Origin: Trueperaceae bacterium
GTDB taxonomy: Bacteria; Deinococcota; Deinococci; Deinococcales; Trueperaceae
Reading direction: 5' to 3'
Length of the DNA stretch: 64,000 bases
Assembly (NCBI GenBank): GCA_965214405.1
Contig: OZ243956.1
Location: 2,528,001 to 2,592,000 of the forward strand
Shown: piece by piece, positions 53,369 through 62,229 of the stretch
How the letters are laid out: every line of letters starts with the position of its first letter
Numbering within the stretch: position 1 is the first letter of the stretch
Notes under the pieces: generated by a model
The model's database searches: none
What the model was told of the DNA's origin: nothing
What the model saw: only the letters and a program-made list of their open reading frames with translations
Position numbers and translations under genes: made by a program

Positions 53369-54130
53369 TCACAAACCGCCCCTCGAGCGAACCACCTGCC
53401 CTGTCACCCAGCGCGCCTCGTCCGAGGCCAAAAAGAGAATCAGCCGCGCCGCGTCCTCGGGCGCGCTGACGCGTCCCATTGGTGCTTCATTTTCCAACCG
53501 CGCTTTGAGTTCGGGCGTCATCCAGCCCGTGTCAGTCGCGCCGGGGTCTACCGCGTTAACCGTGATGCTCTTGGGCGCGAGCGCCGCGCTGAGGCTTAAG
53601 GTCAGGGCCTCGAGCGCCCCCTTGGTGGCCGCATAGGCGAGTTCTTCGGGCATCGGCGCGAGCCCCTGACCCGAGGTGAGATTGATGATACGCCCTCCGT
53701 CTCCCCGAAACCGTTTGGCAAACTCTACGCACAGAAGGGCCGCGCCGCGCAGGTTGACCGCGTAGTGCTTATCGAGTCCCTCGGCAGTGAGGGTGTAGAC
53801 ATCGTCTCGTTCGGAATGTGTGGCGTTGTTGACCAAAATGTCCACTTGCCCCAGTTCACGTTCGGCTCGTTCAAAGAGAAAGGACGCCGCGTTCTCTTGG
53901 GAGAGGTCGAGTTCAAGGCTCGAGGCCCGCACCCCGTAACCCCCAAGTTCTTCAACGAGCCTTTCGACTTCGCCCTCGTCGCTCCCCCAGGGCATAGAGG
54001 CGTCGTAAGACTGATACGTCGTGAGGAGCACGTTCGCACCTGCCTGGGCGAAGGCTCGAGCCACCGCCGCGCCGATGCCTTTGGCCCGGCTTGCCCCCGT
54101 GACGATGGCGTTTTTTCCTCTTAAAGGCAC
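53369..54130 (-). CDS. SDR-family oxidoreductase
   Basis: TGASRAKGIG, LVNNA, YAATKG, VNAVDPG; GTG 54130 is the likely start. Confidence 0.9.
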   Translation of the reverse strand: MPLRGKNAIVTGASRAKGIGAAVARAFAQAGANVLLTTYQSYDASMPWGSDEGEVERLVEELGGYGVRASSLELDLSQENAASFLFERAERELGQVDILVNNATHSERDDVYTLTAEGLDKHYAVNLRGAALLCVEFAKRFRGDGGRIINLTSGQGLAPMPEELAYAATKGALEALTLSLSAALAPKSITVNAVDPGATDTGWMTPELKARLENEAPMGRVSAPEDAARLILFLASDEARWVTGQVVRSRGGL

Positions 54131-54139
54131 TTGCAAACG

Positions 54140-54673
54140 CTACAGCCAGACTTGGACGTGGTCGGGGAACTCGAGCAAGGCGAACGCCTCACCAAAGGGG
54201 AGTTCAAAGACGGTTTTGTAAATCTCACCTTCCGGGTCGCGGTGAACTGTCCACATTTCAGCGTTCACATCCGCCACCCAGTAATCTTTCACGCCGACTT
54301 TGGCGTAAACCTCACGCTTACGCCCCAAGTCGAGTTTGAGAGATGTGTTTGCCACTCCGATGAGTAAAAGGATGTCCTCGGGCTTTGGGCGCGTTTTAGA
54401 GTAGTCTTTGTGTGCCGCGAGGACTACATCAGGATGCGGTAGCCATTCAGGAAGCTCGATATCCACTGCGTTCTGGACGCGTACGAACACGCGTCCATAA
54501 AACGTGTGAGAAAACTGTGCGTTCAGCCTATCAATGGCGAATTCGTGATTAGGGTTAGCTGGACTCATGTCAACAATCGTCCCGTCAATGAGTTCAACAC
54601 GCTGGTCGTGAAAGAGCCCCGCATCGACCATGACGGCGAAGTCCTCAACGGTAAAGGGGTGAGGCTTGAGCAT
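54140..54673 (-). CDS. Uma2-family endonuclease (active-site Glu replaced by Gly)
   Basis: RVELIDG, PDVVL, LLIGVANTSL (usually LLIEV), KREVYA, DYWV. Confidence 0.85.
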   Translation of the reverse strand: MLKPHPFTVEDFAVMVDAGLFHDQRVELIDGTIVDMSPANPNHEFAIDRLNAQFSHTFYGRVFVRVQNAVDIELPEWLPHPDVVLAAHKDYSKTRPKPEDILLLIGVANTSLKLDLGRKREVYAKVGVKDYWVADVNAEMWTVHRDPEGEIYKTVFELPFGEAFALLEFPDHVQVWL

Positions 54674-54688
54674 GGCTTAGTGTAGCAT

Positions 54689-55618
54689 TCAGACCTTCTG
54701 CGGCTCCGAGACCCAGTCCCTTGGCTGCAAAAAGCTGAGCATCTTCGCCTCCGGTGTGCCCGGTTTGGGCCGGTAATCAAACGCCCAATGCGCGTAAGGG
54801 GGCATACTCATCAGGATAGCCTCGATGTTGCCACCCGTCTGCAAACCAAACGTGGTGCCGCGGTCATACACGAGGTTAAATTCGACGTAACGCCCGCGGC
54901 GGTAGAGTTGCCACTGCCGTTCACGCTCATGGTAAGGGGTGTCCATGCGGCGCTCTAAGATGGGCAGATAACTCGGTAGCAGCGTCCGCACCCCGTCCTC
55001 GACAAACGCGAAGTCCGTTTCCCAATCGCCCGCGCCCACAGGCGAAAGCTCATCAAAAAAGATACCGCCGACGCCCCGCATCTCCTGCCGGTGTTTGATG
55101 TAAAAGTACGCGTCGCACGTTTTTTTGAGCGTGGCGTAGTCCCCCACCGGGTGACGGTCACACAAGCTTTTCAACGCCCTATGAAAGTGAACCGCGTCCT
55201 CTTCAAAGGGGTAGTTGGGCGTCATGTCCGCGCCGCCGCCGAACCACCAGACGTTATCCTCTTCTCCTGCTTCGCCTACTTCAAAGTAACGGTAATTCGC
55301 GTGAAACGCGGGTGCGTAAGGGTTGCGCGGGTGAAAGACCATCGAGATACCCGTGACAAAGTAAGGCTTGCCCTCGGTACCCTGATGCTGCGCGGCGAGG
55401 CTCGGGGGAACCGCGTCGCCGTAAATCACCGAGGTATTGACGCCTGCGCGCTCCAAAACGCGGCCTCCCTCTAAAACCTTGGCCGTTCCTCCACCCCCGC
55501 CGGGACGCTCCCAAATGTGCGGCTTAAAAGTAGCCTCACCGTCGAGCTCTTCAAACGTAGAAATGAGCTTTTCCTGGCCCTCTTTCATGAGGGTGACGAC
55601 GCGGTCTCGAGGGGTCAC
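54689..55618 (-). CDS. hemF: Oxygen-dependent coproporphyrinogen III oxidase
   Basis: ERAGVN, HPRNPYAPAFHANYRYF, WWFGGG.DMTP, RGVGGIFFD, RRGRYVEFNLVYDRGT. Confidence 0.96.
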   Translation of the reverse strand: MTPRDRVVTLMKEGQEKLISTFEELDGEATFKPHIWERPGGGGGTAKVLEGGRVLERAGVNTSVIYGDAVPPSLAAQHQGTEGKPYFVTGISMVFHPRNPYAPAFHANYRYFEVGEAGEEDNVWWFGGGADMTPNYPFEEDAVHFHRALKSLCDRHPVGDYATLKKTCDAYFYIKHRQEMRGVGGIFFDELSPVGAGDWETDFAFVEDGVRTLLPSYLPILERRMDTPYHERERQWQLYRRGRYVEFNLVYDRGTTFGLQTGGNIEAILMSMPPYAHWAFDYRPKPGTPEAKMLSFLQPRDWVSEPQKV

Positions 55619-56643
55619 AAACGCACCTCCTCTCGAGCTTGCCGGTCGAACGCCTTGACCACCTCGACCAAATATTCCGCGTGCGCCGGGTCCGTCTGGC
55701 GCATGATGCCGTGGCCCAAGTTGAAGATGTGAGGGCCGCCCAGGCCTTCGCGCAGCACCCGCTCGGCGGCCTCTTTGATCGTCTCTTTGGGCGCGAGCAG
55801 CGTCGCGGGGTCCAGATTACCCTGTAAGACCTTGCCGGGTAGAAGCTCACGCACGCGGCTCAAGGGCGTGCGCCAGTCCACACTCACAACCTCGGCAGGC
55901 AAGTCGGCGATTTCGCTGTAAAGGTGGAGCGATTCGACAGCCAGGTAGATGCGCGGGACACCCAGAGGGGCCAACGCCTCGAGCACCCGCGCCGCGTAGG
56001 GCTTGCCAAAGGTTGCGTAGCTCCGCGCGTCGTGGAGCCCCGCCCAGGAGTCGAACACCTGAATCGCCTGCGCCCCCGCCTCGACCTGCATGGTGAGGTA
56101 GCGGATGGAAACTTCGGTGAGTTTCTCGAGCAACCTGTGCGCCGCCTCGGGTTCTTGGCGCAGGAAGCCCCGAAAGGCCGCGTAGTCTTTCGAGCCGCCC
56201 CCTTGCACACAGTAGGTGGCGAGCGTCAAGGGCGCACCGCCAAAGCCGATGACGGGCACGGGCGACGCCCCGCGGATGAGGCGGAGCGCGTCACCCACAT
56301 AGGGCGCGATTTCGTCTTTGTCGGGAATACGTAGCGCCTCGACGGCTTTGGGTGAGCGCACGGGCTCCTCGAACACGGGGCCGGGGTTAAAGTCTATCTC
56401 GACGCCCATCGGCGGCAGGGGCGTCATGATGTCGCTAAACAAGATGGCGGCGTCTACGCCTAAACGGCGCACGGGCTGAAGCGTGATTTCGGTGGCGAGT
56501 TCGGGGTCGTGGCAGCGTTCCCAAAAGGTCGTTTTGTTGGCGATGTCCATGTATTCGGGCAGGTAGCGCCCGGCCTGGCGCATGATCCAGATGGGGGCGC
56601 GGGGGGTATCTTGGCCGTTGGCGGCGTCTAAAAAAAGGCTCAT
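55615..56643 (-). CDS. hemE: Uroporphyrinogen decarboxylase
   Basis: PIWIMRQAGRYLPEY, DAAILFSDI, QVFDSW, LQGNLDP, HIFNLGHGI. Confidence 0.96.
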   Translation of the reverse strand: MSLFLDAANGQDTPRAPIWIMRQAGRYLPEYMDIANKTTFWERCHDPELATEITLQPVRRLGVDAAILFSDIMTPLPPMGVEIDFNPGPVFEEPVRSPKAVEALRIPDKDEIAPYVGDALRLIRGASPVPVIGFGGAPLTLATYCVQGGGSKDYAAFRGFLRQEPEAAHRLLEKLTEVSIRYLTMQVEAGAQAIQVFDSWAGLHDARSYATFGKPYAARVLEALAPLGVPRIYLAVESLHLYSEIADLPAEVVSVDWRTPLSRVRELLPGKVLQGNLDPATLLAPKETIKEAAERVLREGLGGPHIFNLGHGIMRQTDPAHAEYLVEVVKAFDRQAREEVRL

Positions 56644-56707
56644 ATCTCAATTGTCTCAGGTTTGCGGGCGCGTTGCATAGCGCTCCGAGCACGCTCTATG
56701 TAGAAGC

Positions 56708-57187
56708 TTATGTAGAAGACTCGAACACTAGCTCGCCAGACCGTGACGTAATCCAGCCCCCTCGCTTGGGGAAAACAGTCCAGGTAGGTTGTTCCTCAAC
56801 CAAACCAAACGACCTTATCCACCTGTCGTTCGATAACTCAATCACAAGTTCTGGCAAGCGCCCCTCGACCATAACGCTTCGTAGCGTTTCACCTGTAAGG
56901 CTTGCCAACCCCTTCTCACGTTTGGTGACGCAGTTACGGCTCGAGAACCAAATAGCTTTACCTTTCTCAACGCGCCAGTCCCACTCGAGCATGAGCGAAG
57001 CTTCGCCCTCAAGGATCGCCCTTCCGTCCCGAAAAGGGCGCTCTGTAAGGTTGCCGAGATGGAAAAGCGCTGTCCGGTAATATCCTCCGCGCGGGCGCGA
57101 AATGGGTAAGCTGACTAAAGACGAGGTGAGTTCGTGAAACTCTTTCAGTGAAACGGGAGACGATTGTACTGCGTTGAACTCAGGCAT
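56708..57187 (-). CDS. Hypothetical protein
   Basis: 159-aa ORF whose start overlaps the vapC stop; globular composition; no recognised motif. Confidence 0.6.
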   Translation of the reverse strand: MPEFNAVQSSPVSLKEFHELTSSLVSLPISRPRGGYYRTALFHLGNLTERPFRDGRAILEGEASLMLEWDWRVEKGKAIWFSSRNCVTKREKGLASLTGETLRSVMVEGRLPELVIELSNDRWIRSFGLVEEQPTWTVFPKRGGWITSRSGELVFESST

Positions 57188-57622
57188 CCGTCCAATTCTC
57201 CACCGGTAAACCTGGAACTCGCTCGAATTCGCGGGTGTTATTGGTCACGAGCGTGGCGTTTAGGCTCAGGGCGTGCGCGGCGATGAGGGTGTCTGAGAGG
57301 CCGACGGAGGTGCCCTGGCGCTCGAGACTCGCCCTAAGCCGCGCGTAAGCCGGTGCAGCGGTCTCTCCGAAAGGGTGAACGGTCATAGAAGAGAGGAATA
57401 GGCTCAAGGCGCGCAGGCTACGCTCGCCAAAGCCGCTTTTCTCTGCGCCAAAGTGCAACTCGGCGACCGTGATGCTCGACACGCCAGCGTTACGGATGTC
57501 AACCTCACCCTCGAAACGCCAGCGTTACGGATGTCAACCTCACCCTCGAAACGTTCAATGACGCTCCTTGGACGTCGTTTGATAATGTAGATGCAGGTAT
57601 CCGTATCGAGCAGGTAGGTCAT
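57180..57622 (-). pseudogene. vapC: VapC (PIN) toxin frameshifted by a 35-bp tandem duplication
   Basis: [15 protein letters not shown] in one frame and SSITVAEL...DTLIAAHA..LVTNNTREFERV in another; removing one 35-bp copy rejoins them. Confidence 0.9.
57481..57550 (+). repeat. Perfect tandem duplication, 35 bp x2
   Basis: ACGCCAGCGTTACGGATGTCAACCTCACCCTCGAA at 57481 and 57516. Confidence 0.95.
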
Positions 57623-57885
57623 TCGCTCAAGGGCTCGCGCTCTTCGACTTCCGTAGGCTGGTTGCGCTCGAGCTTATAAACATCGTCTGTAAATATGTCT
57701 AAACTCTCCTGCAATAAAGTGAGACGGTCTTTGTAAGGTGACAAAACAATGTCCTCCCCCTCCCGACGGATAAAAACTTTGTCCCCTTCAAAACGGTATT
57801 CCTTGGGCAACCTTACCGCCTGAGAGCTTCCGTTCTTAAAGAGTTTAGCGGTGTCTTCTAAACTGGGGGAAGTCTTTGTCTTCAC
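57619..57885 (-). CDS. vapB: VapB (AbrB-type) antitoxin
   Basis: [31 protein letters not shown]. Confidence 0.92.
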   Translation of the reverse strand: MKTKTSPSLEDTAKLFKNGSSQAVRLPKEYRFEGDKVFIRREGEDIVLSPYKDRLTLLQESLDIFTDDVYKLERNQPTEVEEREPLSE

Positions 57886-58075
57886 AAGATAAGTTTATGC
57901 CAAATGCCTATACTTCTTTTCGTTCCCCCTTACTTCCGGCATGAGTGCGCAGCCGCAACGTGTGAAAATAGTCAAACCCTCAAAAGCCAAGTTTCCACCT
58001 CCCTCACAAGAAAGGAGCCGCTACCATGCGGTGAGTTTTTTGGCTTCACGACACTTTGAGAGGACGCTATTATCT

Positions 58076-59968
58076 ATGCTGAATGGACGAAAAACGCTTC
58101 CCTATCGCCTCCGCGTCGCGGTCACCCTGGCGGGACTGCTCTTGGTTGGACTGCTCCCAGGCTGTGACTCGGGAGGTCCGACTTTTCCGAGCACCGTCCC
58201 GGACGACGCGCTCGAGCCCAACAACACCCGTGAAGAAGCAACGGAAATAGAACTTGACTATCAAGCCGACCTCGTTTTGCAGGACCAAGACAAAGATTGG
58301 TTTAAGTTCACGCTCGTTGAAGGAACATTTCTCGAGGTAATGATGAAAGTGCCTGATGCTCAGTATTGGGACGCTTTTATAGAAATCTACAAAGACACCC
58401 AGCCCGTCACAACGCTTCAGCTTAATGCGGACGTGAGCACGAGTCGATACGAATACCTCTCCGCGGGTGACTACTACCTAAAGTTAGCGGGACATATCAC
58501 CTCCAATACACGTAAGTACAGCGTCAACATCTCTGCTAAGGCGCTGCCGGACGCGGCTTATGAGCCCAACAACACCTTCCAGACCGCCAGCAAGACTGAG
58601 TCCAACGCCGGAGCGCAGGAGATGTTTCTCGGCGGGGGGGATGAGGACTGGTACACCTTTACTCTGGACGAAACCCAGATTGTGACTATTAACTTAGACG
58701 AGGGTGTCGGTTCCGGTTACACCACGTTTAACAGAGCCCTTTATAACAGCAAGCTCGAGGCTTACAACAACAGCAAAAACGAGTACGGGGACGGGTACTG
58801 GGAAACGCTCACCGTGGGCCTCGAGCCGGGCACCTACTATATCCGCGCGTATAGAGAACAAGACGTCGAGTCGGGCTCGCCATACTCGCTAAGCGTCTCG
58901 AGCGTCCCCATCCCGGACAAAGCGTACGAGCCGAACGACTCGGCACGAACTGCTACCAAAGTCGAACTCAACGCCGAAGCGCGGGAGATGTTTTTGGGAG
59001 AGAAAGACGAGGACTGGTACACCTTTACGCTTGACGAACCCCAGATTGTGACCATCGCGCCAGAGGAGGGCAAAGATTATTACGCGTTTGACAGATTGCT
59101 CTACAACAGCGATTTCAAGGTGTACAGTAATAACCCGTACTGGAACGAATCGTGGAAAACTCTCACCATCGCGCTCGAGCCCGACACCTACTACGTCCGC
59201 GCGTATAGAGAACGCGCGTTTGTTTCGAGCGGCGTACTTTACTCCATGCGTGTCTCCGGCGAGCCCGTGCCGGACCAGTCTTACGAGCCGAACAACAGCT
59301 TCGGTCAAGCCACACCCATCAAGCTTCCTTTTGAGGATGATTTCTTCATCTACAAGGAGGACGAGGACTGGTTCACCTTCTCCATTCCCACCGAACAGCT
59401 CGTCACCTTTGACCGGGAGGATGACGCCAGCCACCAATCCTTGGTCGCAAGCGTCTATCAAGACGGCGGTGACAAGGTTCATGACTTCTATCTGGGAGGA
59501 AGTAGAGCGAGTTCGTTCCTCCTGCCCGCGGGACGCTACCGTCTTTCGCTGGGTATGCTGCCGCCCAATGACTTTTATGGCGACCCCGACAGCGGCAAAA
59601 GCTTCGCTTATTCATTGATGGTTAAAAGCGAAACTCTGCCCAAGCCGGACTTTGAACCTAACAACAGCCCTCAACAGGCTCACCAAATTTCCCTCGACTT
59701 CTCGGCGGACGCGCTCCTCGTTTCAAATGACGACGACGACTGGTTTACCTTCTCTTTAGACACGACAAAACAGGTTGTTATCGCCCTCAAAGAGTATGGC
59801 AACGGCTTGCCCTACGCTTACCTGGCCGATGCGAACGGAAACAGCATCCAAAACATCGAGAGAGGCTCGATATCTCCTGTGCTCAAGGCCGGAACCTACG
59901 GGATCAAGGTTTCGGACAGCTCGAGCGACACGTCCATCAAATACGGGCTCAGTGTAAAGAAAAAATAG
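58076..59968 (+). CDS. Lipoprotein with five tandem PPC-like (EPNN...DxDW) domains
   Basis: Lipobox LLPGC; five D..EPN(N/D)...A...D.DW(F/Y).F repeats; ATG 58076 preferred. Confidence 0.8.
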   Translation: MLNGRKTLPYRLRVAVTLAGLLLVGLLPGCDSGGPTFPSTVPDDALEPNNTREEATEIELDYQADLVLQDQDKDWFKFTLVEGTFLEVMMKVPDAQYWDAFIEIYKDTQPVTTLQLNADVSTSRYEYLSAGDYYLKLAGHITSNTRKYSVNISAKALPDAAYEPNNTFQTASKTESNAGAQEMFLGGGDEDWYTFTLDETQIVTINLDEGVGSGYTTFNRALYNSKLEAYNNSKNEYGDGYWETLTVGLEPGTYYIRAYREQDVESGSPYSLSVSSVPIPDKAYEPNDSARTATKVELNAEAREMFLGEKDEDWYTFTLDEPQIVTIAPEEGKDYYAFDRLLYNSDFKVYSNNPYWNESWKTLTIALEPDTYYVRAYRERAFVSSGVLYSMRVSGEPVPDQSYEPNNSFGQATPIKLPFEDDFFIYKEDEDWFTFSIPTEQLVTFDREDDASHQSLVASVYQDGGDKVHDFYLGGSRASSFLLPAGRYRLSLGMLPPNDFYGDPDSGKSFAYSLMVKSETLPKPDFEPNNSPQQAHQISLDFSADALLVSNDDDDWFTFSLDTTKQVVIALKEYGNGLPYAYLADANGNSIQNIERGSISPVLKAGTYGIKVSDSSSDTSIKYGLSVKKK

Positions 59969-60018
59969 CCTGAGTCGCGGTATGTGAGAGCCCCTTTGGG
60001 GGCTTTTTCATTTGGGAA

Positions 60019-60768
60019 CTACACCTTGTCGCGCTCTGCTACACCCTCCGGCGTGAACTTGTACCCCACGCCCCAGACGGTGTGAAAATAAACCGGGCTG
60101 CCCGGCTCCGGCTCGAAGAGTTTGCGCAGGCGCATCACGAAGTTGTCGACGGTGCGGCTTGACGGAAAGGCGTCGTCGCCCCAAACGGCGTCTAAAATGT
60201 CGTCGCGGCTCACGACCTCGTTTTTGCGTTTCGAGAGGAGTTTGAGGATGCCCAGCTCACGTTCGCCCAGGGGCTCGGTGTGACCGTCGGCAAGCGTCGC
60301 TGTCCAGCGCCGGAAGTCCACGCGGTGCCCGCCAAAGGAGAAAGTTGCGTCGTCCGGTCCTCCCTTTTCTCCTGCCCATTCTCCCTGACCCCAAGCCTGC
60401 CGCCGCAGCATGTTCTGCACGCGCAGCAAAAACTCGGGGAGGTGAAAGGGCTTGGGCAAATAGTCGTCGCCGCCTGCCAGGAGGCCCCGCACGCGGTCTT
60501 CGGGGCCTCCTTTGGCGCTCAGAAAAAGGACCGGTGTGGTGTCGCCCGCCCCGCGCATTCTTTCGCAGAGGCTGTAGCCGTCCATAAACGGCAGCATTAC
60601 GTCGAGCACGACCAAGTTGGGGGAAAGCTCTTCCCACGCGTGTTGCCCCGCGCGCCCGTCGGGAGCCACGGTTACCTCAAAGCCTTCTTCGGCTAAGTTA
60701 TCGGCCAAAATCTCGGCCATCGTCGCCTCATCTTCGACGATGAGGACGCGCGGGGCGGGGCGCATCAT
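60019..60768 (-). CDS. OmpR-family response regulator
   Basis: LIVEDE, VLDVMLP, FLSAK, DDYLPKPF; winged helix RTVDNFVMRLRK, TVWGVGY. Confidence 0.93.
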   Translation of the reverse strand: MMRPAPRVLIVEDEATMAEILADNLAEEGFEVTVAPDGRAGQHAWEELSPNLVVLDVMLPFMDGYSLCERMRGAGDTTPVLFLSAKGGPEDRVRGLLAGGDDYLPKPFHLPEFLLRVQNMLRRQAWGQGEWAGEKGGPDDATFSFGGHRVDFRRWTATLADGHTEPLGERELGILKLLSKRKNEVVSRDDILDAVWGDDAFPSSRTVDNFVMRLRKLFEPEPGSPVYFHTVWGVGYKFTPEGVAERDKV

Positions 60769-61904
60769 GCGGGCTCCGTGATGGGTTGGACTGCTCGAGC
60801 CTCCAGACGCCGCGGCAGCACCACGCTAAAACGCGTGCCCTGCGGCAGTCTTTCACAGCGCACCCAGCCGTTCATCGCCTCCGTCATCGTCTTGACCAGA
60901 TGGAGGCCCAGCCCCACCCCGGTGGACTCGCGCGTCATTTCGTTGCCGACCCGGTAAAACTTGTCGAACACGCGCCGCGTCTCGCCCTCGTTTACCCCGA
61001 CGCCCTCGTCCTCGACGTGGAGGACGGCGAGGTGGTGTTGAGAAACGAGCCTCACCGTCACCCGTTTCTCAGACCCTGGGCTGTATTTAACCGCGTTGTC
61101 GAGAAGGTTGCCCAGCACGATGCCGAACGCCGCCCCGTCGAGCGACACGGGGAGCGGTTGGGGGCTGTAGTGGACGGTTAAGGAAGCGCCCCTGGCCTCG
61201 AGCCCCCCCCTCAAACTCTCCACTGTCCCCCGCACCGCCTCGTTGAGGTCGGCGGCTTGCAGGTGGGTCGAAGTTTTGCCGCCCTCGAGCCGCGCCGAGG
61301 CCAGCACCTGTTCGGAGGTCTTCTCGAGGCGCGAAAGTTCGCGCTCCATCTTCTCCAAATACTGACGCTGCTTGTCCGGGTTCAGCGCGCGGTAGAGCGC
61401 GGTCTCGATGAGCAAGCGGAGCGTACCTAGGGGCGTTTTGAATTCGTGGGTGATGGCCGACAAAAAATTCTGCTGGCGGCGCTTGAGTTCGCGTTCGGCG
61501 CGCAGGCTCCGCGCGATGATGGTGAGCCCCGAAAGAACCACCAAGACGAAAAAGGGTCCCTCAAAGGCGAACATGCGGACGAAACCCTCCTGCCGCTCCC
61601 TAAACGCCGCCACCCGCTGCGCGTCGAGTACAAAACGCCCCCCAACAAGTTGCAGGTGCGGGTAGTCGCGCTCCAACTCATCAATCAACGCCTCGTCCCC
61701 CGGCGCACGTTCCAAGGCGGCGTTGGCGGCCTCCACGTCCTTTTCCCAAGTCTGAAGCGTCGTGCGCGTCACGTCCGTGATGTAGTTGTGCTGAAAAACG
61801 ATCCACCACACCACCTGCGCGAGCACGAACACGATGATAACGCCAAAGGCGACGCGCGTGGCGGTGGGGGAGGTTGACGAGGGGCGTTTAAGGGGGAGGC
61901 GCAT
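60765..61904 (-). CDS. Membrane sensor histidine kinase
   Basis: Two transmembrane helices; H-box THEFKTPL, N-box NLLDNAVKYS, DEGVG, FDKFYR, GVGLGL. Confidence 0.92.
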   Translation of the reverse strand: MRLPLKRPSSTSPTATRVAFGVIIVFVLAQVVWWIVFQHNYITDVTRTTLQTWEKDVEAANAALERAPGDEALIDELERDYPHLQLVGGRFVLDAQRVAAFRERQEGFVRMFAFEGPFFVLVVLSGLTIIARSLRAERELKRRQQNFLSAITHEFKTPLGTLRLLIETALYRALNPDKQRQYLEKMERELSRLEKTSEQVLASARLEGGKTSTHLQAADLNEAVRGTVESLRGGLEARGASLTVHYSPQPLPVSLDGAAFGIVLGNLLDNAVKYSPGSEKRVTVRLVSQHHLAVLHVEDEGVGVNEGETRRVFDKFYRVGNEMTRESTGVGLGLHLVKTMTEAMNGWVRCERLPQGTRFSVVLPRRLEARAVQPITEPA

Positions 61905-61908
61905 GGGT

Positions 61909-62229
61909 TTAGGAGTTAACAAGGACTTTGTCGCCCTTTATAAAAGGTGTTTGAATAACGAAATGGAAATAATCTTCTGAGTTTTTTACAAACGTATGTG
62001 CTTTGCCCGGCTCGAGCACCAGCATGTCGCCCGCCTGAAGAGACACCTCACGTTCGTTAACCGAGGCGGTACTCTCGCCTCGAGCCACCAGATAGATTTC
62101 AAACATCGTCTCGTGAAGGTGCGGCTCGTCCACTCCTTCGTTGGCGTAACCCACCGGCACGGGAACGGGAGAGTTCCAAGGGCCGACGAACCAGCCCTTG
62201 GCTTTGGCGTCGGGGGAGAAGTGAATCAC
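61909..62229 (-). CDS. Cupin-domain protein
   Basis: HLHETMFEIYLVARG...GDMLVLEPGKAH cupin motifs; GTGA overlap with hemB. Confidence 0.85.
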   Translation of the reverse strand: MIHFSPDAKAKGWFVGPWNSPVPVPVGYANEGVDEPHLHETMFEIYLVARGESTASVNEREVSLQAGDMLVLEPGKAHTFVKNSEDYFHFVIQTPFIKGDKVLVNS

